Of a DNA stretch of 64,000 bases, positions 1 through 12,200 are shown piece after piece. Where the stretch lies: contig OZ365113.1 of NCBI GenBank assembly GCA_977030845.1, forward strand, positions 31,062,001-31,126,000, in the 5' to 3' direction. The DNA comes from Fimbriosthenelais zetlandica. Lineage: Eukaryota. Every line of letters begins with the position of its first letter. Position 1 is the stretch's first letter. The notes under the pieces were generated by a model. That model did no database searches, was not told the DNA's origin, and worked only from the letters and a program-made list of their open reading frames with translations. The translations under genes were made by a program, and so were the position numbers.

Positions 1-1959
1 TGACATAGAAATGGATGACTTAGCTTTTGGATTTTAGGCATGTTTATGACATAAATGATGGGAGATCCAAGTGTTCCAAATATTTTTCAAATGAAAAAAT
101 AATGTGATGGGTGACTAAAACATGTTGTATAGGACTGGGAGGCTATAGGAAAGGAAGCATCCATATCTGGTGTGCTGCATGAGATAGGAGGACGATATAA
201 TCCTCCCAATCAGTGTGTGCCAAAGGCTGCCTCTCAGGAGGAGTCACACTGGAGCAACTCCTGGGTAGGAGACACTCCCCAGAGCTGCTCACAGAGGGTA
301 GAGGAGGCCTCCTATAAGAGGACATCCCCTCCCACAGGGGGCCCAGTCTGACCAAGAGGGCATTTTGTGGAGGGCTGGGATGCTAGCCATGGCTCCCTCA
401 AGGCATTTCCCACTGGGCCTTGGCTACACATTGCTGGTTTGGGAATATGAGCCAGCTGGAAAGTTTACTTTCACCTCTTACTGGGGAGGTTAGGGTTGAG
501 GAAACAAGAAATTGGTGAGGATGGTGGTTATTTTGATGAATTACCACAGCTAGAGCCCTGGTGTAAGTGGGTGGGGGCCAGACGTCAAGTGATTAAATCA
601 ACTATTAAGGACATTGATGTTTTGGTGATGAAATGATAAAAAGTGTACCTCAGTTTCCCTAAACATGGGTTCAGGTTATCTTCTCTTTAAGAACTTATTG
701 CGAGGTCTATCCTTTATCCGATAACTAGTTTTTTTCATCACTTAATGATGAACTTTAATTTAACCAATCCGGTCCCACCAACTACAAAAATATTGTCATT
801 GTCCTTCCAGAATATAAGCAAGCATTGGAATCGTTTAAACCCATATTTAATTATACAATTGAAACAATGGGAGCAAATGAACGTCTTTTCAAGTGGGGAA
901 TACATTTATGGACAACCCCTTTACTGTGGTTGTTTTATCGATCAATTAGCGTGCCAAGACACCCCTAGTGTGATGTCTTTTTTCTGAGTCTTTAAGAATC
1001 ACTTAAACTGTCAACATTGAAAAAAAAGATGCAACAAAAACAATGGCCTACCATGAACACAACCGCGCTGTCGGAGGCATTGGGAAACATCAATACCAGT
1101 GCAATGTCTGGCGGCTCAGGCTTTTTTTTCTGTGGGACCTTATTAAAACGCAGAGTCTGTCATTTAATGGGGTAATCTAGGTTCACACACAAGGTTTTAT
1201 GTCTTAATTAGATGTAATGTAGAGGAACGATGGTTATTGACATTCTCAGTACATTGCTGTGCCAACTGCCATGCACACACACACCGCACTGTTTCCACAC
1301 AGATTTCTCTCTCTTTCGCTTCACCCATAGAGCAGCACTATCAAAGCCAGTAAAGCCATTTAAAGACCAAGGAGTATTGAATTTCACAGTCTCACACGCA
1401 TTTATGCTTTTTGCTATGTTTGTATGGCGTATTTTGTATGTTACAATGTACCGTTTGACCCGTCAATGTGTTCTCAGTCTCTCTGTATATAGATTCCTCT
1501 TTTGCCTTGAAGTTCAATGAATGGCGGGCTTTTTGGGGGAGGAATGAGTATTTCCATAACCGCGACCCTCATCTAACACCTCATCCCCTTTTTTCTCTGC
1601 CCATGTTAAAATTTTTTCTTTTGTTGTGTGTAATTGAAATACCAGAACTACCAAGGCTCCTCTCTGTCCTCATTCCATTCTATATAAGGTCATGGTTGCC
1701 CAAAATGTTGAATATTGGGAGTTTACTTAATAAAATAAAACTAAATATCCTTGTGATTTATTACATATTGATTAGTCAATGAAAAGATGTGAGTTTGAGG
1801 AAACTGTATCATATTAAGAGGACATTCACAATTCATATGAAGCCTCCTCGTTCTTAGCAACTCTGCTTCCGATCAGAATATCTTTATTTTCCATTTTTAA
1901 ATACCGACAGTAAAACTTTGATAAGAAATTCTATCAAACCTTTTAAAGGTCCCTGTCCT

Positions 1960-2228
1960 CCCAAATTTCTTTCTCATGGTATACCCTAAGGGGAGTGCTC
2001 GGCAATGTTTTGTGCCATGCCTGGGGTCATGCTTCAACTGAGTTGGAAATGCCAAAATCAGAAGCAGGACAGTGGAATAATTCTAATCATAGCCTATGGC
2101 CTGGAACTATGGCAAACAATGTCCATCCAAGTCTCCACCTTTATTTGATGAAGAAGTCCTAGAGTTCTCGTCCATGCTGATTACCTTTTCCACCAGAGGA
2201 AGGACATAATATATTATGGATACTGAAA
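1960..2228 (+). mobile_element. Possible highly decayed DIRS-type (tyrosine-recombinase) retrotransposon fragment, RNase H C-terminal region
   Basis: Short translated words occur in the order I recall for DIRS RT/RNase H C-termini: PKFLS (1960), VLCHAW (2007), KIR (2054), IILI (2077), WP (2097), MSIQ (2119), WILK (2217). This needs several frameshifts and stops, so it may be pattern over-reading. Inference only. Confidence 0.2.
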
Positions 2229-3184
2229 GCCTCAGGAGGCAGAGATTCCGCATGTGTCAGACTTCTTTATCGTTCTTTGACATCTAAATGACTTTCCAGA
2301 AATTTATCATTTAAAGCATAATTAAACTGTTATATTCTTTTCCTAGCCAACTGGCATTTTCTATATGTATGATATCTTTCTTTATCTACTTTGTGTGTAC
2401 AAAAGGCTCATTATAGTTCAAAAATATGGCAGGAATCATTTAATTATGAAAAATACACCTGTCTGCAGAAGTTCCTAGCGGAAGCTATATATGTGGATGA
2501 CATTGCAAACTAATGGCTTTGAACCAAGGGTATCAGAAGAAAACAAGCCCGTGAGACACATAGAGCGAACAATTTATGTGAGAACTAATTGATGCCGCTT
2601 AATTCCAGTCCCTGCCCCCAGGGGACCGGGAACATAATGTCTCGATGTAATACATTGCATGCGGACGTGGCGGGCTCTATAAAGAAAGCAGTATGGCCCA
2701 CGGTGAAAGGCAACATTAAAATATGGTTCTTGTAGTGCATTGTGACAACAAGGTTTGCCTGCCTCACAGATGCAATTTACGGTGGCTCTTGTATCTTCGG
2801 GGAGGGATCCATGGCTCCAGGGAAACTTCCCCTAGTTGAAGTCATTCCCCTGAGACGATTCGTCTAAAGAATGGAGTCAACAGCCAAATTGGCTCCTGGT
2901 TTTCAGCACCCAATACTCGAGGTATACATTTAGTTGTCATTCTGCAGGATGTTTCTTCGCCATTACAGATAGACTTCTTTGACTGCTGGGAATACTTTCT
3001 ATGCTTAATCAGAAGTATGTTTGTATAACTTTACTGGTAAAGAAACGTCGAAATCCAAACCAATTTATTCATGGTAAGAAGTTAATAAACTAGTCATACG
3101 TCATGTATATTGATCTGGAGGTACACTAAAAGAAATGAAAATTGGAGGAAACCATGATCTTATTGGACATCCCTCAAACAATGA

Positions 3185-3854
3185 TGTGACTTTACTCACT
3201 ACAATGATTGTAATTCTATCAGACTATAGTATAGTGTCAAGTTTTAAGTATGACATATATATATGCTTCTCAGGCCTTCACATTTTATTTCGAATTATGT
3301 TAAAAAGATGAATTAGGAGATTGATATATCATGTTATCTGACAGTGAATATCAGATAAGACTGTTGATTTTTTTCATAATTCATCACTTATAGAATGAAA
3401 CCTTACCTCCCGATTAAACAGTGACACATTTCATGAATTGAATCTCTTGTAATGTTTTCGGGCAGGTAGTTGTCAGATGTAATGACAGCTAACTATAAAA
3501 CTAAATAATATGAGAGTACAAGGTTATCTACACATAAACGGTAGGTAAAAGTACCCGATCTGGGGTATAACATTCCACTAGACCTCATTGGGTCCCTGGT
3601 CCTTCACGGTCCACTGCCCATGTGCGTGACTTTGCAGGTATGAGAATGAGCTGCTCTGAGTTAAGGGTGAGCACATAATGGTGGCTGACTGATTGCACAT
3701 TAAGCCATGGGAGGGTAAGGTAGGGGAGTGAGGGCAGGAAGGTGAGGCTCTCCCTCACACATGTGCTCCTCTTCATTGACCACTGAGTAAGGTCCACCCC
3801 ATGCTTGGTTACCTATATACTGCTCACCTCCCGTCATCAACACCTACTCGTTAT

Positions 3855-3896
<42 letters not shown>

Positions 3897-4009
3897 CACA
3901 CACTCTCTCTCTACTATTTACTCCATTGCCACGAATATAAATAAACACTCACTGATAGTAGAACCTATATGAATATATTATACCCATAAGGGTTCGACAG
4001 AATGTCACA
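3185..4009 (+). mobile_element. Probable solo LTR of an LTR retrotransposon
   Basis: Begins TGTGACTTT and ends AATGTCACA (8/9 inverted match, TG...CA ends). Flanked by ATGA/ATCA (3/4 target-site match). Internal order is TATATA (3814-3819), (TC)17, AATAAA (3940-3945), then the CA end 64 bp later. An alternative left end at 3332 (TGTTAT) gives a perfect ATCA duplication. Confidence 0.42.
3859..3892. repeat. (TC)17 microsatellite
   Basis: Direct reading of 34 bp of perfect TC dinucleotide repeat. Confidence 0.97.
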
Positions 4010-6374
4010 ATCATCAAGTGTCATTTGCAGTTAGGGCCTATACCATCATGCATTCAGTCTTAGTTCAGCAAAGTGATATTATCAAAATCAGCAAATATCA
4101 TTTGAAATTATCAAGGGTCCTAATTCAGCAAAAAATTTTAAAATTAAAAAAAGTGTCATTTGGCAGTACCAACAGTCTGTACAGCAATCATATGAATTAC
4201 CATTTTCCTAGTGGTACTGCATTTATGGAGTAAATTAAGAAGAGACCTGGTCCAATCATTAGCTGGCATCTTGCAATTATTTAGTTCAGAGGCTTGCGAT
4301 TGCCAACTAATGAAAGATAAATAGAAATCTTTTTACCAAAGCAGCTTTGCTGCTGGCCTCAAAGATTGTATTAATTCTATAGGATCAGGTGACCAGGGCA
4401 GCTGGTCAAACCTGCCCTCTGGGTGAAGACATCAGAAGCAAGTATAATTTACATTGATCATGCTAATTAGGGAGAAGGTTTGTGAGGGGAGAGGGAATAC
4501 ATACTCTGATTTCACTACACCTGAAGGAGAGCTCCACGGCCCTGGTGGTGAGCTGAAATTACTACCCTCCAGACATTTCCTACATACTTGATGTATATAC
4601 CTTCAGTTCAGTTTAAAAGACGAGAAAATAATGGGAAATTTCAAGAACAAACATATGATCCTATGTAGACCCTTTGTATGCCTCTGGAAAATGTTTTGAG
4701 AATGCAATTTCAAGTCTGATCCATTGTTTTATTTGTCTGGTCAATGTCTGTTTTCAGTTGGATTTTCTTGTTTCAATCAAGATGGCTGACGTCTTGTACA
4801 AGAGTGCAGGTTCAGACAAAAGACAAAAGATCATAGAAAAAAAACTAGGATACGGTAAATTACTGGAAAATGAGAACCCTACCCACTACATAGAGTAGGG
4901 GATAGTAGAGTGGGGATAAAGGGGGAAATGTGGTACATTTCCTTCCTTTCAGTCCAAGAATGCCACTTCTGTCCACTTCTCTGTCTTGCATTGTTTCCAG
5001 ACTCTCACATTGATTAATGGTATCCCTCATACTGGCCAACACTAATTGTACTGGATTGGCAAATCTTGTTGGCAATAGCCAGGTGCCCGAGAGGTGGAGA
5101 ATACAGGCTGGATTAATGCGGATTTATCAGTACCTAATCGTGTCCAAGTGTTTTGTCATGTTGCTGCTGCAATGATGACCCATCCTGCCCGCCCCAAGGG
5201 GTTCAGGGCCAAGAACACTGGAACAATACACCCACCAAGAAGACATTCATTTTCATTAATTTTTGACAGTGGCGTTAAGTAAAAGCTTGGGGGGATGGCA
5301 GGGGATGATTAATTATTCAATAGACCCAAATCTCTACTGAGACGAGAGGGAATGAATCGTTGTCTTGGCCTCCCAGTGTTCTTAGTGGACACAATTGAGA
5401 TATATGGACATATAAGAGAAGCAGAGTATGGTAAGGCAAAGACAGCCATAGAGCTCTTATAGGGACGCTGTTGTATACTTGGCACCCTAGATTATATTTT
5501 TGGGACAAGCAACTTTAATCGAGAATTATAATACATAACATTTGTGAAAAAAAAAATGTTCAATTTTTGATATATCATAGGATGCAGGATGTCTGTACCT
5601 GCACTAACTTGAGCACGATTTTGGGCAGAGACTTCCAGATCCTCATCAAGATTTTGAATACCATTGCTGATTGTGTTAAAATTAGTATGTGACTTGGAAA
5701 TGTGCATCATGTCCCAAAACTTGGTAGTCAGAAGAGCTGTAATGTAAGCTCTTAAACAAAGCTTTTACACCCTTGAAATATCTTAAAGGGATTAACTTCA
5801 TTGCATGTAATCCTTTAAAGGGTTTAGTTAATGATTCTCTTGTCTGCGAGAGCTTATCCAAGCCAGGATTGCTGGCAAGCCCATGGAAAGCTCATTTTCT
5901 AATTAGAAGTGCATTTCCTACACACAGTGACAGGGGCAAAATATGACAAGAACGCTAGTTTTAAAAACTCATACATCATAATAGCCATAATCAGCAGGAT
6001 TGCCTTTACCCAGGCTTGTCAAGAGGTAATGTTTTATACATGTTGCTGGTGGATCTCTTTCAGCAGAGCGGTGCTAAATGAAGAGGCAAATATCAGAAAA
6101 CAAGCCTGATATGATTAGGATGGGCCTACTCCATGATGCTCTCATCATTAAGAGTCTATTAAGTGGCTGGGAAATCTAATTGTGCTGTGTGAAAGCCCCA
6201 TCACTCGCTTTTCTTCCATCGCCGCAAGCTATAAGCATTAATTGTACTTGCCATTTCCTAATGTTTGTTGAACGAAAACAATCCTGAGGGGAATTTACAG
6301 CCGTAAAGGCTTGCTTCTTTTACTATTTTCTTCATTGATTGTTTCTCAAAGATGTCTCCCTGTGATTCTTCATT

Positions 6375-6504
6375 NNNNNNNNNNNNNNNNNNNNNNNNNN
6401 NNNNNNNNNNNNNNNNNNNNNNNNNNNNNNNNNNNNNNNNNNNNNNNNNNNNNNNNNNNNNNNNNNNNNNNNNNNNNNNNNNNNNNNNNNNNNNNNNNNN
6501 NNNN
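6375..6504. other. Assembly gap (130 N)
   Basis: Run of N characters. Confidence 0.99.
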
Positions 6505-8760
6505 TTTCAAATGTGTGAGTCAACGTTATCATTATTAATATTCGAATAATACTTGATCATACAAATAAATTGGGGAAACTTAACTTGTTGGGTATTTGCG
6601 GGAGTGTTTGTGTTAAATTAAATAGTTAAATTTTAAAACATTCCATTCAAATTTTACGACATATGTGTGCACGAACCAGTTGACAGCAGGCGGTACCAAA
6701 CAAGTGTAACAGTTACTTTCGTATTTCGTCAGATTTAAGCATAAATCGAACTGAGCTAAGGGAAAATAGATTAGGAAATGAGGTCTGTAAGCGTCATCAG
6801 TTTCTTGTAATTTTCTTTGCTTTCTTTTTTTTTTTGCTTTCTTCAGCTGCTTTCGTCATACCTCCCCTTTTCTCTTCCTCTTTCCATTCTCTCCCGATGG
6901 GATTAGGAGTGAGGACACAATTAATGCATTGTTTGCCAGGTCTCCTATGTTTTTGCCGCCTGTGGGGGATTCATCTCCATGTGCCACCATGCTGTGATGG
7001 AGCTCTGGCTGTGAGCCGGGAAAATAAGTGTGGGAAACGAGTTAATGCTTTTAAGACAACCTATGCTTTGATGCCTGATACCCAATGTAATGCCACATAT
7101 CTGACAGCAACACTCACACCTACATGTACATCATACATGTGGAAACATGCGGGTGAGACGTGCAACCCATACAGAGATATATTTTAGGGGCCGTTTCCAT
7201 GAATTACATTATAGATATTTAAATCCCATGGATATGTAGTACGTACTTTTATCGTAGATACATATCATATGGTTTTCATATTATGATGCATGCAATAGAA
7301 ATCTAGGGGCTATGAACGTGAAATTCTATCACGAATGGGAAAGCGTATATACTTGCATGTTCACAAAGATTTTACGGGCAGTCCAAATAGTGCACTTAAT
7401 TCCGGAATTCCTTGAGGTGAATTTTATTGAAATCCATTAATATTTCAATGGATTTCTGAAAAATTTAGTTTCAGGGTAAATACTTATTTCATGATCTGTA
7501 GTACAAAGATGCAATGGAAACTTAGAAATATGATTATGTCCGCGTTGTTAACGACAGGGGCAATCTGTTCTTTATCAACATAACCTGTGTCATGCATGAC
7601 ATTCATTTTCAGTGTAGAACCCACTGTTTGATCGTCAAACTTGGCGCTGCTTGTTGGCAATAGATAACACATGTAAGGTACCTGACCCCCGTCAAATGTC
7701 AAAAGTAATGGTCTCATTTAAGAGGAAAAGCGTCAGACGCAGAACAAGTATTATATGCTTTCTCTGATTAAGTGGCATATCAAGAATATTTGTTGCATCT
7801 AACTTTCCGTCAGATTATGGTTTGGAGTGAGAGGGGTGGGGAGGAAGTTGTTAAGGTTGAGTGGAGGGAAAGGCGAAGAAATGGCAGTTGGAGAGGGCGG
7901 AAGTTGGGAGTTGTTATTTGACCTAGAGTTTTACCATTTCAATTGAAACCTACTGGCATTTAGACCTCTTTGATACTGTTTTGTTACATTTTCCCTGTTG
8001 GCAAAAATATCACTGCACTAGCTGTAACAAATTATCAAAAGCAAATGTGAATGTCACTGATGGATCGTTAGCAGGGTACAGCTCTAACTAGGTTAGAAAA
8101 GTATGGTTTTTCATGTAAATTTCCAACTATTAGGCTATAATCTGGCTTGCTGGCTTCTTTTCTTATCACCTTCGAAATTGCAAATCCTGTTTTCTAGGTT
8201 TAATATACTTTGTTTCATCTTGATAGAACACAAAGTTGAAAATATCTTGGTGTCTTGTGAAAATAAAATATCTTGTCTTATAGTAGGGCCTAATAAATGT
8301 TGTCGATTCAGCACAATGTGCTATAATAATTCTAGCGGAGTTCTGCCACGATTATTCATAACTCTGAGGCGACGAAAAGCCATATATATGTGACCTCTCA
8401 ATCCGCTGAACCCATGTGCTTCATTTTTATTATTGGCAAAGCTTGTGTCACCATTCATCATAAATCCCTGATTGCATTAGCCAAGTGCCAATACCGGGTA
8501 AGACAAAAAATAAGCCCGAGGCACAGGGCCAATTCATGCAGAACTTATTGACCTTCACATCAATGCCATCCGTTGACCTTGTGGTGTCAATGTCTTCACC
8601 CACTGCCTTGCTTTCCTTAATTCTCTCTCAAACTCTGTTGACAGTTCACCACGCCAACTTATTATCAGCGGACACATTTCATTTGTCCCCGTTGTTTCGC
8701 TATCAGTAAGGGAACGGTGGGCAGGGGGCCCTGAGGAATGTCATTACGAAGGAATGTCCT

Positions 8761-9210
8761 GGTCGGGGAGCGTAGGCCGGGTTACTATGATAAAGTTTTA
8801 ATGAAGTTGCTACCGCAGCTTGCCTCGGCTGGACAGGGTCAGATAGGGTCGTCGCTATGACAATTGTGAGAGATGGTCGACTGCTGATTGCCTACTTGCG
8901 CTCCGCTGGTTAGTCTTGGCCGCGCCCAGAAGAGGGCAGCATTGAGTCCTGGTCTGGTTTAATGTTTTCCCCTCGTGGGATCTGCGGCTGGACGGCCGGA
9001 CTGCGCGGCCACGATAACTTACTGCCAGTTTTCTTTATCATCACAAGAAATACCTTCATTAATCAATGTTGTCGGTCCGTCCGACAAGATATCTGTGCAT
9101 GTTTGCCCCAATCCGCCTGCTGCCCGGATGTTGACCTCATGTGACCCGGGTGTCATGACGTCATTAACATTTCCCTCACCGCGCATGCGCCCGCTCTCAA
9201 TTAACGTGGT
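8761..9210. promoter_or_regulatory. CpG-rich promoter/enhancer-like module
   Basis: About 30 CpG in 450 bp. Contains CCAAT (9108-9112), TCATGTGAC M-box (9137-9145), perfect CRE TGACGTCA (9156-9163) and perfect NRF1 palindrome GCGCATGCGC (9181-9190). Confidence 0.45.
8926..8939 (+). promoter_or_regulatory. CTCF-like site
   Basis: CCAGAAGAGGGCAG, one mismatch to the CCRSYAGRKGGCRS core. Confidence 0.28.
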
Positions 9211-12200
9211 GACTCTGGGTTGGGTGTTTTTAATCAGAATTCATATTTGTGGGCAGAGTTAGATCTGGGGTTGTTGGAGGGAGAGTGCGGGGTGGTGGTG
9301 GAGGTCGTCGGGATGGGTAGGAGTAGGGGGACTGGGAGAGGTGAAGCCATGGAGGTGGTGTGGTGGTGGGGTGAAGACATCTGCCCGGTTACATCACCCC
9401 ATGGCCGGGACCTAATGAGTGGCTTCTACCTCCATCTGGCACCCAGTCACCTAATCATGACTCCCTGGTCCCACAAACCCGTCCCTGCCCCGAACAAAAA
9501 ATAATCACCACCCCAGAAACACCCAAGCTGGTCGGGGGCTTAAGTCAATTAGGCTACATGTCTGCCATAGTCAGGAGTGGCATGGCGCCCAAACGCAATG
9601 GTTCTGATGAGTTTGGCAATAGAAGCCATGGGTAATATCATATTTCCTGGCTTCTTGATTTCTGAATCAACAAGACAGTGATACAATACTGGTTCTATAC
9701 AGTCAAGGTTGAGAAATTGATTATTAGCTGGGGCAGCAGCCCCCCAGCTCCTGGCGCTGGCCGGGCCCCCACCCCCTTCAACCCCCACCACCTCCTCCAC
9801 CTCCTCCCTGCCCCTGCTGTGAATTACTCTGCCACAAATTGACTTTTTCGCATCGGTGCCTCCAATCCATATTCCTGCTTGTCACCCTTCCGACGTCACC
9901 GACCGGATATGCTAACCAGACATGTTGCCAGTGGACCATGAGCATACAGCCTTACTGGTGAATGCCTCAGCAGCCAAATCTCAGTTCCTCTCTTCGTCCC
10001 CACATCCCCCTCCAGATCTCCACCCTCGAGACCTAGCTACCCCTTGGGCCGGCACTGCAGCGACCCATAGTTCTTTATTGTAGCCCTCCCATCCTACTGA
10101 GAATCATAATCAATACGCAACGATAGGGACTGGCGGGCCAAGATAATAGGCCCGCTACTTAGACCCGTCAAATGAATCCTGGACTCCAGGCTCCAGATCG
10201 ACCATGGAGTATTCCCCGGAGACCAAAGACCGTGGTCCCCAATGGGGACGCTGGAGGAAAGAGACGGGGATGATGAGTGGATTGGTGGGGTAGTTAAAAC
10301 TTAGCTCTGTATCATGGTCACTGATAATGGTGGAGAGGAGATACAACTTTTTGGTATATTGATACCTTGGGAGCCAAGGTCAGGCCGTCCCGGGGCCTGA
10401 AGGAATCTCCCGTCTCTAACTGGAAGACTGTATATCGGAGACCTCCGGACACAAGGGTAATTAGAAGGGGGAAATGACCCAAGGTCTTACGGGCCCACCA
10501 CCAAAAAACCAATGAACATTTCATTTCCATTTCTTCAGTCTTTGGCCATTCCTATCTGGAGTGCATAGATATTGACAATTCAGTGAGCATACAAAGTACG
10601 GGAAATATAATATTTAGGTCCTATACATTGAAATATTTTATGATATAAACGGGGTCAGAGATTTTGAACAAAACAGAGATGTAGAGGTAATGAATTATAA
10701 TCCTCCTTGTATCAAAAGCTGAATTCTTTGTTTGCTGTTCTCGGACACGGATATTAATGGCAAAACTTACTTGTCTTTATGAAAGTAGATCAATGGAATG
10801 TGCATTTATATGAGTCTTATCTACGAATATGACCTCAAGACAGAAATGAAAAGAAAACAGCATCTTCTATTACCCTAAAATTCTGTCATACAATGATTAT
10901 TTCAAAATCGATACCTCATGCATTAAGAGAATCCTCACGTGGTCCAAGATGGCGATGGAAATAAATTCGGAGTGGGAATTCCCGATCAAGCAACCAGTTA
11001 TTTTCAGACATTCACCTAATGCAATGACAATAAATAATCTCATCGTCTCCTGGCATTCTCCCATTTGTTACCGTTTCGGACTGAAACCCGGTGCTTGCTA
11101 GGGCCATTATTCACAAGCCGTAATCTTTATGCAAGGTGCCCTCAGCTCGGGACTATGATACATCTTTTGGTGTCATTCTGCTCGCTTTTCTTCCTCTGAC
11201 CTCTCATTTGATGCTGGATCATAAAGCCTGCCTACCAACCTTTCAGCCTCTCACCCCAGTCTCCTTCTCCCGGGCTATCCCTATATTAATTGCAACTAAA
11301 GACCCACCACATCCAAAGTGATTATAAGCCCCTAAGCCTCTCACATTAGTGCCCCATAAACACAGCTTGGAAGCCGTTTGTAATTTGTCTAAAAGGTGCA
11401 AATTGATGTCGTGTATATGATCCTATCTCGATATCAGATTAATTTCAATTTAGTGCCTCAGCTAAAGCTTTTTCTGAGGGGACGCATTCTTGGACCTTCC
11501 ACCCCAGCCCATTATGGGGTTTTCGGCAAATGTTCAAGTAACGAGTTTATGAGAAATAATGGCTTGCTTTTCCGACGCTGGCCAGCCGGATGGCTCTTGA
11601 AGGCATGCACATAGCAGGGGAGCTGTCAGTGGATGGTGTGCTGTGGTGGTGAAGGTGGGGGGTGAGGCTATGGGAGGGAGGGGGCCAGGTCCCTTACAAG
11701 AAGGCCACACTCACACAATGGATGACCGCCGGTGGAAAGAAAGCCAAATCCTCGCTCCACCTCTCATCAGCATTTTCATCGGAGAAAATGGAGAAAAAGT
11801 GTGATTCAGATTAATACTGACCCGGATGTCATGAACCGTAAGGCTTTCAATGTATAAGGCGGGGCAAATTGTAGCGGCATTCAGGACGACTTGGATGGAC
11901 AAAAGAGATATTCCTGGACTTGTCAAACCAACGCTTGACAGTTTGAAAGTGCGATATTAGATTGCCAACTAACAAAATTACACTTCTAAGCGGCTACAAT
12001 GAATTGACAACAACTACGAAATTGGAAAATGTTGCCGGATAAATATTGAAATAAACATGAAAAATTCCATCATCCATAATTAAAATCACACCAATCAAAA
12101 TCTCATGTACTACTGACATAATGTAAGTAGTATATGGAAATGCTCCAATTTATCAGGGAGAGATCATTAAAGTGGAAAGTGGTTGTCATTATGAACCTGA

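Noticed and set aside
1053-1175. 40-aa ORF starting MNTT...NTS, like a GPCR N-terminus
   Set aside because: Runs through a poly-T tract to a stop with no donor site or transmembrane segment.
6311-6549. ORFs spanning the N gap
   Set aside because: Artefacts of translating through unknown bases.
9351-9804. G-rich (9351-9372) and C-rich (9781-9804) tracts forming an imperfect inverted repeat
   Set aside because: Both are low-complexity GGT/GGA repeats. There is no target-site duplication or unique TIR sequence.
11396-11614. HYGV word resembling a nuclear-receptor zinc finger
   Set aside because: Lacks the CxxC...CEGCKGFF cysteine pattern.
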